A DNA stretch of 64,000 nt from an uncultured Candidatus Rokubacteria bacterium. GTDB taxonomy: Bacteria; Methylomirabilota; Methylomirabilia; Rokubacteriales; CSP1-6. Numbering within the stretch: the stretch's first letter is position 1; each line of letters begins with the position of its first letter. A model generated the notes under the pieces. The model saw only the letters and a program-made list of their open reading frames with translations, did not search any database and had not been told where the DNA came from. The DNA lies in assembly GCA_963747235.1 (NCBI GenBank), contig CAVVEU010000040.1, forward strand, positions 320,001 through 384,000, read 5' to 3'. The position numbers were made by a program, and so were the translations under genes. Below, one piece after another: positions 29,044-37,762 of this stretch.

Positions 29044-30060
29044 CTACAGCTTGCCGGTCAGCGTGACCCCGACCGTTTCCACGAAGCCCTTCATCGAGCT
29101 GAACGTGTAGTCCACGGCCGTGGCCTCGTACCCGCAGTGCACCATGCAGTCCCGGCACTTCTCGTTGCCGCTCTTCTTGCCGTAGTTCTCCCAGGGGGTG
29201 GTGTCCATCAGCTCCCGGAAGGTCTTCGTGTACCCCTCTTGCAGCAGGTAGCACGGGCGCTGCCACCCGAACATGTTGTAGGTCGGGTTGCCCCACGGGG
29301 TGCACTCGAAGTCGTGCTTGCCCATCAGGAACCGGAGGAAGAGCGGCGACTGGTTGAACCGCCAGCGCTTCTTCGGCTGCGAGAGCATCTTGGTGAAGAG
29401 CTCGTGGGTGCGGGACTGCAGCAGGAAGTGCTCCTGGTCGGGCGCCTTCGAGTAGCTGTAGCCCGGGGAGATCATCATGCCCTCGACGCCCAGGGTCATC
29501 ATCTCGTCGAAGAACTCGCGCATCCGCAGCGGCGAGGCCCCGTCGAAGAGCGTGCTGTTCGTCGTCACCCGGAAGCCGCGCGCCACCGCTTCCCGGATCG
29601 CGGGGACCGCCTGGTCGTAGACGCCGTCGCGGCACACCGCCTCGTCGTGCTCCTCGCGCAGGCCGTCCATGTGGACGCTGAACGAGAGGTACTTCGACGG
29701 GGTGAAGAGGTCGAGCTTCTCCTTCAGCAGGATGGCGTTGGTGCACAGATACACGTACTTCTTCCGCTTCACCAGCTCCGCCACCAGACGATCGATCTCC
29801 GGGTACATGAGCGGCTCGCCGCCCGGGATGCTGACCATCGGCGCCCCGCACTCCTCCACCGCGGCGAGGCACTTCTCGACGCTCAGGTGCTTGCGGAGGA
29901 TCTGGGCCGGATACTGGATCTTGCCGCACCCCGCGCAGGCCAGGTTGCAGCGGAAGAGCGGCTCGAGCATCAGAACGAGCGGATAGCGCTTGCGCCCGGC
30001 CAGCTTCTGGCGCAGGACGTACGTCGCCACCGTCCACATCTGAGACACCGGAACGCCCAT
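29044..30060 (-). CDS. hpnH: Adenosyl-hopene transferase HpnH (radical SAM)
   Basis: RYPLVLMLEPLFRCNLACAGCGKI, SIPGGEPL, CTPWGNPT, GWQRPCYL, CRDCMVHCGYE. Confidence 0.95.
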   Translation of the reverse strand: MGVPVSQMWTVATYVLRQKLAGRKRYPLVLMLEPLFRCNLACAGCGKIQYPAQILRKHLSVEKCLAAVEECGAPMVSIPGGEPLMYPEIDRLVAELVKRKKYVYLCTNAILLKEKLDLFTPSKYLSFSVHMDGLREEHDEAVCRDGVYDQAVPAIREAVARGFRVTTNSTLFDGASPLRMREFFDEMMTLGVEGMMISPGYSYSKAPDQEHFLLQSRTHELFTKMLSQPKKRWRFNQSPLFLRFLMGKHDFECTPWGNPTYNMFGWQRPCYLLQEGYTKTFRELMDTTPWENYGKKSGNEKCRDCMVHCGYEATAVDYTFSSMKGFVETVGVTLTGKL

Positions 30061-30082
30061 AGGTGACGGACCCTTTCGTCCT

Positions 30083-30865
30083 TCAGTGGGTGACGGACAG
30101 CCGCCCGGCCGACCGTCGGCCGGGCGCGACCCGACTGAGACTGTACAGTAGCAGAAAGACCACCGACTGGACCACTATTCCCGCGGCGGCAATGAGCAAT
30201 TCGCCGATCCACAGCGTCACGGTCAGGTTGACCGCCAGGACCAGATAGTAGAGCGCGATCCCCAGGCGGGGCGAGCCCAGCCGCCGCTCCCCGACCAGCC
30301 AGACGTAGCCACCCACCGTGGCCCAGCCGACCAGGAGCCAGCCGGCGAAATTGGAGAGCGGGACCCCGAAGTAGAGGCCCCCCTCCGGGTAGGTGAAGAG
30401 ATGGCCGAGGAACCAGCGCTCGCCCCGCACCGCCAGCGGATCGATCACCACGTCCAGCAAGGTCATCAGCACGCCCGACAGGGCCACCAGGCGAAGCCGC
30501 CCCACGCCGCTTCCGGCCCAGCCGGGGCCGAGCGCGCGGCGGGCGAGGCAGAAGGAGGCATAGGCCAGGAACGGGAACGACAGCGGCGAGAAGAACGGGA
30601 CGTTCCCGAGGAACAGCTCCGCGCCCGCGGTCGCGCCGGTGTAGTGGTAGAGCCCGAAGGGCAGCCCCCCGCGCGTGGACGAGAGCTCGGCCACCAGCGC
30701 GACGAGAAAGCCCCAGAGCAGGAACCCGAGGGTGCGGGCGCGTCCAAGGTCACGGATGCCCGCGGACAGGAAGAAGGCCAGGAAGCCGACCACGTACGGT
30801 CGCAGCACGACGGTGCCCCCGAGCAGACTCACGACCGACCAGACCGTGTCCAGTGAGTTCGCCAC
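30083..30865 (-). CDS. CruF-like carotenoid biosynthesis membrane protein (DUF422 type)
   Basis: AELSSTRGGLPFGLYHY, NVPFF, LDVVIDPLAV, YFGVPLSNFAGW. Confidence 0.78.
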   Translation of the reverse strand: MANSLDTVWSVVSLLGGTVVLRPYVVGFLAFFLSAGIRDLGRARTLGFLLWGFLVALVAELSSTRGGLPFGLYHYTGATAGAELFLGNVPFFSPLSFPFLAYASFCLARRALGPGWAGSGVGRLRLVALSGVLMTLLDVVIDPLAVRGERWFLGHLFTYPEGGLYFGVPLSNFAGWLLVGWATVGGYVWLVGERRLGSPRLGIALYYLVLAVNLTVTLWIGELLIAAAGIVVQSVVFLLLYSLSRVAPGRRSAGRLSVTH

Positions 30866-30871
30866 GGATTC

Positions 30872-30900
30872 ACGATACGGAATTGGTCGGTTTTTTTCAA
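30872..30900 (-). promoter_or_regulatory. Putative promoter of the hpn operon (leaderless)
   Basis: TTGAAA-17 bp-TATCGT, 6 nt before GTG start. Confidence 0.6.
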
Positions 30901-30927
30901 GGACGGCGGCTGGTTGGCGCAGCTCTG

Positions 30928-30936
30928 TGCTAGTAT
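30928..30936 (+). promoter_or_regulatory. Extended -10 promoter of the mla operon (leaderless)
   Basis: TGc-TAGTAT, 6 nt before ATG 30943. Confidence 0.5.
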
Positions 30937-30942
30937 CGGGCG

Positions 30943-31749
30943 ATGTTTTCGACGTCCACGCCCGAACTGTGGCCGGCGCCGCTTCGCCCGATCGCGGCGC
31001 TAGGTGGTGTGACGCTCAATCTTGTCTCGGCGCTGGGTCGTTTCGGCCGCTTCTTCGGGCAGGCAGTCGGCTACGTCGTGGTGCCGCCCTTCAAGGTCGG
31101 CCGGCTGATCGACCGCATCCACTTCATCGGCTTCCGGTCGCTGACCATCGTCATCCTGACCGGGGCGTTCACCGGCATGGTGCTGGGCCTGCAGATCTTC
31201 CTCACCCTGTCGCGATTCGGCTCGGAGGCCTATCTGGGCCCCGCGGTGGCCCTGTCCTTGATCCGCGAGCTGGGCCCGGTGCTCTGCGCGGTGTTCGTCA
31301 CCGGCCTCGCCGGCTCGGCGCTGACCGCCGAGATCGGCATCATGAAGATCACCGAGCAGATCGACGCGCTCCACGTCATGGCGCTCAACCCCATGCGCTA
31401 CCTCGTATCGCCGGCCCTCGTGGCGGGCGTGATCACCTTCCCGCTCCTGACCGCGATCTTCGACGTGGTGGGCATCTTCGGTGGCTACCTGGTCGGGGTC
31501 GAGCTCCTCGGGCTCTCGCCCGGCACCTACTTCGGCGAGATGAAGACCTTCGTCAACATGTCCGATCTGATGACCGGGTACTGGAAGGCGATCTCGTTCG
31601 GGATCATCGTGCCCTGGGTCTGCACGTACAAGGGCTTCAACTGCGGGCACGGCGCCGAGGGAGTCGCGCGGGCCACCACCCAGGCGGTGGTCCTGACCTC
31701 CATCCTCATCCTGGTCTGGGACTACTTCCTGGGGTCCGTGCTGCCGTGA
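30943..31749 (+). CDS. mlaE: MlaE family lipid ABC transporter permease
   Basis: IRELGPVL, GSALTAEIGIMKITEQIDAL, GAEGVARATT. Confidence 0.93.
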   Translation: MFSTSTPELWPAPLRPIAALGGVTLNLVSALGRFGRFFGQAVGYVVVPPFKVGRLIDRIHFIGFRSLTIVILTGAFTGMVLGLQIFLTLSRFGSEAYLGPAVALSLIRELGPVLCAVFVTGLAGSALTAEIGIMKITEQIDALHVMALNPMRYLVSPALVAGVITFPLLTAIFDVVGIFGGYLVGVELLGLSPGTYFGEMKTFVNMSDLMTGYWKAISFGIIVPWVCTYKGFNCGHGAEGVARATTQAVVLTSILILVWDYFLGSVLP

Positions 31750-32498
31750 TCCGGGTCCACCGCCTGCACAAGAGCTTCGGCAGCCAGCCGGTCCTGCGCG
31801 GCATCGATCTCGACATCGCCACCGGCGAGATCATGGTGGTGATCGGCCGGAGCGGCGGCGGCAAGTCGGTCCTCCTCAAGCACCTCATCGGGCTGCTCCG
31901 ACCCGACTCGGGCACGATCGCGGTGGACGGCACCGAGATCACGCGCCTGCGCGGGAGCGATCTCGACCGGGTGCGCGAGCGCTACGGGGTGGTCTTCCAG
32001 GGGGGCGCCCTCTTCGATTCCATGTCGGTCGCCGACAACGTGGCCTTCCCTCTCCGAGAGAAAAGCCGCCTGAAGCCGGCCGAGATCAAGAGCCGGGTGG
32101 ACGAGAAGCTGGAGCAGGTCGGGCTGTCCGACATGGGGCACAAGAACCCCGCCGAGATCTCGGGCGGCATGCGCAAGCGCGTGGCGATCGCGCGGGCCCT
32201 GGTCACCGAGCCCGAGATCGTCTTCTTCGACGAGCCGACCACCGGGCTCGATCCGATCCTGGTCAATACCATCCACCACCTCATCGTGGAGCTGCACCGC
32301 AAGTTCCGCTTCACCGCGGTCATGGTCAGCCACGAGATCCCGGAGATCTTCGAGATCGCGGATCGCGTCGCCATGCTCCACGAGGGCGTGATCGTCGAGG
32401 TCGGGCCGCCGGACGCGGTGCGCGCTTCCGCCAATCCCATCGTCCAGCAGTTCATCCGCGGGGACATCGAGATGGTGCCCGCGGGGCAACGGCGCTAG
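31746..32498 (+). CDS. mlaF: MlaF ABC ATPase
   Basis: GRSGGGKS, FQGGALFDS, ISGGMRKRVAIARA, FDEPTTGLDP. Confidence 0.93.
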   Translation: MIRVHRLHKSFGSQPVLRGIDLDIATGEIMVVIGRSGGGKSVLLKHLIGLLRPDSGTIAVDGTEITRLRGSDLDRVRERYGVVFQGGALFDSMSVADNVAFPLREKSRLKPAEIKSRVDEKLEQVGLSDMGHKNPAEISGGMRKRVAIARALVTEPEIVFFDEPTTGLDPILVNTIHHLIVELHRKFRFTAVMVSHEIPEIFEIADRVAMLHEGVIVEVGPPDAVRASANPIVQQFIRGDIEMVPAGQRR

Positions 32499-32511
32499 CC
32501 GGGAGAACAGA

Positions 32512-32952
32512 ATGAAGCGTTCCGTACTGGATCTGAGCGTCGGCGTCTTCGTGCTCGTCGGGCTCCTCGCCCTCGGCTGGATGTCCGTGAAGCTCGGGCG
32601 CGTGGATCTCCTGGGTAACCGGGGCTACGTGATCAGCGCCGATTTCCCGTCGGTGGGCGGCCTCAAGGCGGGGTCCTCCATCGAGATCGCGGGCGTCGAG
32701 ATCGGCCGGGTGGACAAGATCCTGCTGCAGGACTACCAGGCCCGGGTGGTGATGGTCATCCAGCCCGGCATCAAGCTCCAGGACGACTCGATCGCGTCCA
32801 TCAAGACCAAGGGGCTGATCGGCGAGCGGTACGTGCGCATCAGCCCGGGCGGATCGGAGAAGATCATCGGGCCCAACGGGCGGATCCGCGAGGTCGAGCC
32901 GCCCGTCGACATCGAGGAGCTGCTGTCCAAGTACATCTTCGGCAAGGTCTAG
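32512..32952 (+). CDS. mlaD: MlaD (MCE domain) protein
   Basis: N-terminal TM; VGGLKAGS, AGVEIGRV, IKTKGLIGERY, ISPGG. Confidence 0.93.
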   Translation: MKRSVLDLSVGVFVLVGLLALGWMSVKLGRVDLLGNRGYVISADFPSVGGLKAGSSIEIAGVEIGRVDKILLQDYQARVVMVIQPGIKLQDDSIASIKTKGLIGERYVRISPGGSEKIIGPNGRIREVEPPVDIEELLSKYIFGKV

Positions 32953-32978
32953 ACTCGACTCTCCAAGGGAGGCACTCG

Positions 32979-33611
32979 ATGAACTGGCTTCGCATGGGGG
33001 CAATGGTGCTGGCGGGCGCGCTGGTGGTCGGGGTGAGCGCGGCGCCCGCCGCGGCGGGGGTGCCCACCGACCAGCTCAAGGGCGCGGTGGAACGGGTCCT
33101 CAAGACCCTGGACGACCCGACGCTCAAGGGTGAGGCGCGGCTGCCCGAGCGGCGGGTGGCCGTCCGCAAGATCGCCAACGAGATCTTCGACTTCAGCGAG
33201 ATCGCCAAGCGATCCATGGCCCGGCACTGGCAGCCGCTCTCCGAAGCCCAGCGGACCGAGTTCGTGGGCCTGTTCGCCGAGCTGCTCGAGCGCTCCTACA
33301 TCTCCAAGATCGAGACGTACGGCGGCGAGAAGATCCAGTACACCGCCGAGCGCGCGGACGGCGAGTTCGCCACCGTGTCCACCCGCATCATCACCAAGAA
33401 CGGCACCGAGGTCCCGGTGGACTACCGCATGATCAAGCGGGCCGACCGCTGGCTCGTCTACGACGTGAGCATCGAGGGCGTCAGCCTCGTGTCGAACTAC
33501 CGGACCCAGTTCAACAAGATCATCCAGACCACGTCCTACAACGAGCTGGTCTCGAAGCTCCGGAACAAGCAGGACGAGCTGCTCGCCGAGGACAAGAAGA
33601 AGAAGCCGTGA
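32979..33611 (+). CDS. mlaC: MlaC/Ttg2D/HpnM-family periplasmic lipid-binding protein
   Basis: Signal peptide; FDFSEIAKRSMARHW, WLVYDVSIEGVSLVSNYRTQF. Confidence 0.88.
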   Translation: MNWLRMGAMVLAGALVVGVSAAPAAAGVPTDQLKGAVERVLKTLDDPTLKGEARLPERRVAVRKIANEIFDFSEIAKRSMARHWQPLSEAQRTEFVGLFAELLERSYISKIETYGGEKIQYTAERADGEFATVSTRIITKNGTEVPVDYRMIKRADRWLVYDVSIEGVSLVSNYRTQFNKIIQTTSYNELVSKLRNKQDELLAEDKKKKP

Positions 33612-34789
33612 ACGGCGCCGCGTTCGCGGCGCGGCTGGAAGCGCAGGGCTACGACTTCTTCACCGGCGTGCCCTGCTCGATGATCGCGGGCCTCATCGCC
33701 ACGCTGGAGACGCACCCGCGCCTGCCCTATGTCCCGGCGGTGCGCGAGGACGTGGCGGTGGGGCTGGCCGCGGGGGCCTGGCTGGCCGGGCGGCGGCCGA
33801 TGGTCCTCATGCAGAACTCGGGCCTCGGCACGAGCCTCAACGCGCTGGTCTCGCTGTCGCTCATGTACCGCCTCCCCGCGCTGCTGCTCGTGACCTGGCG
33901 CGGCCACGCGGGCAAGGACGCCCCCGAGCACCTGCTGATGGGCGAGATCTCGCCGAGCCTGCTCGAGATGATCCGCATCCCGCACCGCGTGCTCTCGGCC
34001 AAGACCATCGCGGACGACATCGCGTGGGGCCGAGCCGAGTCGGAGCGCCTGAGCCAGCCCGTCGCCCTTCTGTTACCGCCCGGCATGCTCGAAACGGAAG
34101 AACGCGGGGCAGTGGCAGGGCGAGGTGAAGCCGAAGGCGAGCCGAGCGGATATAAAAATAGAGGGCGCCTGTCAGAAGCGCCATGGACTGACCGCACGCC
34201 CACCGCCCGCATCTCCCGCTTCGAAGCCCTGCGCGCCGCGGTCTCGGCGCTGACGTCCGAGCCGGTGGTCCACGCCAACGGCTACGTCTGCCGCGAGTCG
34301 TTCGCGGTCAAGGACCGGATCGAGAACTTCTACATGATCGGCTCGATGGGCATGGCCTCCGCGATCGGCCTGGGCGTGGCGCTCGCGGCGCCGTCGCGCC
34401 CCACCGTGATCTGGGACGGCGACGGCAACCTGCTCATGAGCCTGGGCATCCTGCCGATGATCGGCGGCGGCCCGGTGATGGGGCGCGGCCGGCCGGCCAA
34501 CCTGACGCACGTGGTGTTCGACAACGCCCTCTACGGCTCCACCGGCAACCAGGCGTCGCCCTCGCGCACGGTCGGCCTCCACCACATCGCGCGGGCCGCC
34601 GGCTACGAGCGCGCCACCGCCGTCGCGGGCGCCGACGAGCTGCACGCCGCCGTCGCCACCGCCGTCGCGGGCGGCGGACCGAGCTTCATCCTGGCGCGCG
34701 TGACCGGAGAGGAGCAGCCGGCGCCCCGCATCCCCTACTCCCCGGAAGAGATCCGCGATCGCTTCCGCTCGTCCCTGGTCAACCGGTGA
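33608..34789 (+). CDS. Phosphonopyruvate/sulfopyruvate decarboxylase family TPP enzyme (alpha+beta in one chain)
   Basis: FFTGVPCS, REDVAVGLAAGA, MQNSGLG, NFYMIGSMGMAS, DGDGNLLM..VFDN..STGNQ. Confidence 0.85.
   Translation: MNGAAFAARLEAQGYDFFTGVPCSMIAGLIATLETHPRLPYVPAVREDVAVGLAAGAWLAGRRPMVLMQNSGLGTSLNALVSLSLMYRLPALLLVTWRGHAGKDAPEHLLMGEISPSLLEMIRIPHRVLSAKTIADDIAWGRAESERLSQPVALLLPPGMLETEERGAVAGRGEAEGEPSGYKNRGRLSEAPWTDRTPTARISRFEALRAAVSALTSEPVVHANGYVCRESFAVKDRIENFYMIGSMGMASAIGLGVALAAPSRPTVIWDGDGNLLMSLGILPMIGGGPVMGRGRPANLTHVVFDNALYGSTGNQASPSRTVGLHHIARAAGYERATAVAGADELHAAVATAVAGGGPSFILARVTGEEQPAPRIPYSPEEIRDRFRSSLVNR
34110..34154 (+). repeat. 45-bp intragenic repeat, copy 1
   Basis: 40/45 identical to the reverse complement of 60166-60210; perfect core AGCCGAAGGCGAGCCGAGCGGATATA. 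Confidence 0.8.
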
Positions 34790-35526
34790 AGGCCATCATC
34801 CTGGTCGCCGGCGTCGCGCGGCGGCTGGCGCCGCTCACCGATTCCACCCACAAGGCCCTGCTGGAGGTGGGCGGCCGCTCCCTGCTCGATCGCATGCTGG
34901 AAGGGCTCGCGGCGTGCGGAGTGGAGGAGTCGGTGCTCGTGGTCGGGCACTGCCAGGACCAGGTGCGCCGCGCCGCGGGCGCGTCGCGCGGCGCCATGCG
35001 GATCAGCTACGTCGAGAACCCGGATTATCAAAAGGGCTCGATCCTGTCCCTGTGGCACGCCCGCGAGGCCATGCTGAACGGCTCCACCCTGATCATGGAC
35101 GCCGACGTGCTCTTCCCGGAGCGCTTCCTGACCCGGCTCATCGCCGCGCCCGCGCCGAGCGCGCTGCTCCTCGACCGCGGCTTCGAGGACACCGGCGAGG
35201 AGGTCAAGCTCTACGCGGTGGGCGATCGGGTCATCGCGCTCGGCAAGAAGTTCGTGCCCGAGGCCTGGGACGTGATCGGCGAGGGCATCGGGTTCTTCAA
35301 GTGCGGCGCGGCCCACGCTCCGGAGTACGTGCGCCTCCTGGAGGAATCCATCCAGGAAACGGGCGGGGCCAACGAGTACGAGGACGCCCTGCACCGGCTC
35401 CTCGCGCGGGTGCCCGTGGGCTGGGTGGACGTCACGGGCCTGCCGTGGACCGAGGTGGACTTCACGGAGGACCTGCGCCGGGCCGAGACGCAGGTCCTCC
35501 CCAAGATCGAGAGTCTCGGGCGCTGA
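34786..35526 (+). CDS. Phosphocholine/phosphonate/inositol-phosphate cytidylyltransferase family protein
   Basis: AIILVAGVARRL..HKALLEVGGRSLL, NPDY, MDADV, GEGIG, WTEVDFTEDL. Confidence 0.85.
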   Translation: MKAIILVAGVARRLAPLTDSTHKALLEVGGRSLLDRMLEGLAACGVEESVLVVGHCQDQVRRAAGASRGAMRISYVENPDYQKGSILSLWHAREAMLNGSTLIMDADVLFPERFLTRLIAAPAPSALLLDRGFEDTGEEVKLYAVGDRVIALGKKFVPEAWDVIGEGIGFFKCGAAHAPEYVRLLEESIQETGGANEYEDALHRLLARVPVGWVDVTGLPWTEVDFTEDLRRAETQVLPKIESLGR

Positions 35527-35527
35527 T

Positions 35528-36701
35528 GTGGTCCGCGCCCTTCTCTATCTCCCCGACGACGCGGCGCCGGCCCTAGCCGCCGCCGCCGTCTCCGGACGCC
35601 CGCTCGCCGTCCGCGCCATGGTCGCGGCTCTACGCGCCGGCGCCTCCCTGATCGCGGCGCCCTCGACGCTGCGCGACGCGGAGGCCGAGCGCGCGCTGCG
35701 CCGGATGCCCGCGCTGGCCGCCGCGGTGAGCTGGCTCACGCCGGGCGCACCCGCACCCGCGGAGGAGCCCGGCGCGTGGCTGCTCCTCCCCGCCTCCTCG
35801 CTGATCCACGTGAGCGCCCTCGCCGGCCTCTTCGCCGCGCCCGCGCCGCGGGGCGCGGTGCTGGCGCCCTCGGCCGGCGGGCCGGCGCCGGTGGCGCTCG
35901 TCCCCGCGCCGCTCGTCGCCGAGCTCTGGACGGACCTGGCAGCCGGTCGGCCGGTCGGGGCCCTGCTCGCGCGACGGCTCCTGGACGCCGGGGCCCCGGC
36001 CCGCGAGGCGACGGGCCCCCACGTCGCCGTCCGCGAGGCGTCGGACCTGGCCCGCGCGGAAGCAGCGCTCGAGGCCACGCTGGGCATCGCGGTGGATTCC
36101 GGCGTGGACCGATACCTCCACCGGCGCGGCTCGCGCTGGATCAGCCGGCTCCTGGTGCGCACGCCCGGTGGCGCCGAATCACGTGAGCCTCGTGAGCCTG
36201 GCGATCGGCCTGGTCGCCATCTGGTGCTTCTGGCACGCGACCGCCGCGAGCGCCCTGCTGGGCGTGCTGGTCTACGCGCTCGCCTGCATCGTCGACCATG
36301 CCGACGGCGAGATCGCCCGGCTGACGTTCCAGGAGTCGCGCCTGGGGGCCAACCTCGACTGGACGATCGACACGATCATCCACGCGGGCATCGTGTTCGG
36401 CATCGGCGTCAGCTCGGGAGGACGGCTCATGGCCGTGGTCGGGTTCCTGGCCGCGGTCGGGGTGACATTGAGCGCGGTCTTCGCCCGCTACCTCCCCCGG
36501 GAGATCGAGGTCGGTCCCTCCGTGGGCGGCCTGCTCACGCACATCGCCAACCGGGATCTCTTCTACCTCGTGCTGCTCTCCTTCGCGGCCCTGCGATGGC
36601 TGGCGCCGTCGCTCGTCTTCGTGGTGGCGGTGGTCGTCGCGGTGGGCTCGCAGGTCTACTGGGTGGGCTGCCTCGCCCGTATCTGGAGGCCGCGCCCCTA
36701 G
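35528..36701 (+). CDS. CDP-alcohol phosphatidyltransferase with degenerate N-terminal NTP-transferase-like domain (frameshift near 36165)
   Basis: GVDRYLHRRGS, PNHVS, DHADGEIARLTFQESRLGANLDWTID = DxxDGxxAR..GxxxDxxxD. Confidence 0.82.
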
Positions 36702-37672
36702 TGTCCCGCTGGTTCCGCCCGCTTCTCATCGTCACCGGCCTGGCCCTCGTGGGCTACCTGGTCGCGCAGATCGGCCCTGCCGCGATCTGGTCCTCGTTCG
36801 TCACGCTCGGCTGGCGCCTGCCGATCGTGCTCGCCTTCCCGTACGCGCTGGCCGCGGCGGTGGACACGCTGGCCTGGCGGCTCCTCCTGCCCACGCCGGT
36901 GCCCTTTCTCCTCCTCCTGCGCGCGCGTCTTGCCGGGGAGGCGGTGAGCCTGGCCACGCCCACGATGTCGGTGGGCGGCGATCCGCTCAAGGCCTACCTG
37001 CTGCGGCCGCGGCTCCCCCTGCTCGACGGCTTCGTCTCGGTGATCGCGGACAAGACCACCGTGGTGGCCGGCCAGGTGATCTTCCTCGCCCTGGGGCTCC
37101 TGGCCGCGACGTCTATGGCGGCGCCTCCGGAGGGCCGGCTCCTGCCGGTGATGGCCGGGCTGCTGGTGGTGGAGGTGCTCGCGGTCGGCGGCTTCGCGCT
37201 GGTGCAGGCCAGCGGCGCGCTGGGCGGCGGCGGGCGCCTGCTCGGCCGGCTCGCCAAGCGCGTGGGCGTGGGCGGCGCCGAACGCTTCGAGCAGGGCCTG
37301 GACGACCTGGACCGGGCGCTGGCCGGGCTCTATCGCCACCGGTGGCGGCGCCTCGTCGCCTCCGCGATCGTCCACGCGGTGGCCTGGGCCACCGGCGGCC
37401 TCGAGATCTACCTGGTGCTGAGCCTGCTGGGGACGCCGGCGCCGCTCGGCATCGCCCTGATCGTCGAGTCCTTCGCGAGCGGCGTGAAGTTCGCCAGCTT
37501 CATGGTGCCCGCCTCGCTCGGGGTGCTCGAGGGCGGCTACGTGGTCTTCTTCGAGGCCTTCGGCCTGGGGGCCACCGCCGGCCTCTCCTACGTGCTGGTG
37601 CGGCGGCTCCGCGAGATCACGTGGGCCGTCGTGGGGTTCCTCGCCCTGGGCGCCGAGCGCCCACCGGCCTAG
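36701..37672 (+). CDS. Lysylphosphatidylglycerol synthase TM / flippase-like protein (UPF0104 type)
   Basis: GTG overlaps previous stop; GEAVSLATP..GGDPLKAYLL, VPASLGVLEGG, LVRRLRE. Confidence 0.82.
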   Translation: MSRWFRPLLIVTGLALVGYLVAQIGPAAIWSSFVTLGWRLPIVLAFPYALAAAVDTLAWRLLLPTPVPFLLLLRARLAGEAVSLATPTMSVGGDPLKAYLLRPRLPLLDGFVSVIADKTTVVAGQVIFLALGLLAATSMAAPPEGRLLPVMAGLLVVEVLAVGGFALVQASGALGGGGRLLGRLAKRVGVGGAERFEQGLDDLDRALAGLYRHRWRRLVASAIVHAVAWATGGLEIYLVLSLLGTPAPLGIALIVESFASGVKFASFMVPASLGVLEGGYVVFFEAFGLGATAGLSYVLVRRLREITWAVVGFLALGAERPPA

Positions 37673-37697
37673 GTCTGCGGCCGGCCCTCGGGGCGTG

Positions 37698-37706
37698 TGC
37701 TAGACT
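37698..37706 (+). promoter_or_regulatory. Extended -10 element upstream of ino1
   Basis: TGc-TAGACT; GAGGAGG SD before GTG 37763. Confidence 0.4.
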
Positions 37707-37762
37707 CTGTGGGTCTGACGCGTCGCCGCATGTCGCGGTGACGAAGCGCTGAGGAGGCGGCC

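Noticed and set aside
33608-34789. Firm assignment as phosphonate biosynthesis (aepY/ppd)
   Set aside because: No PEP mutase in the window, and sulfopyruvate decarboxylase cannot be excluded by eye.
35528-37672. 714-aa NTP-transferase/flippase fusion
   Set aside because: A frameshift near 36165 skips the CDP-alcohol transferase domain, which has its own stop at 36701.
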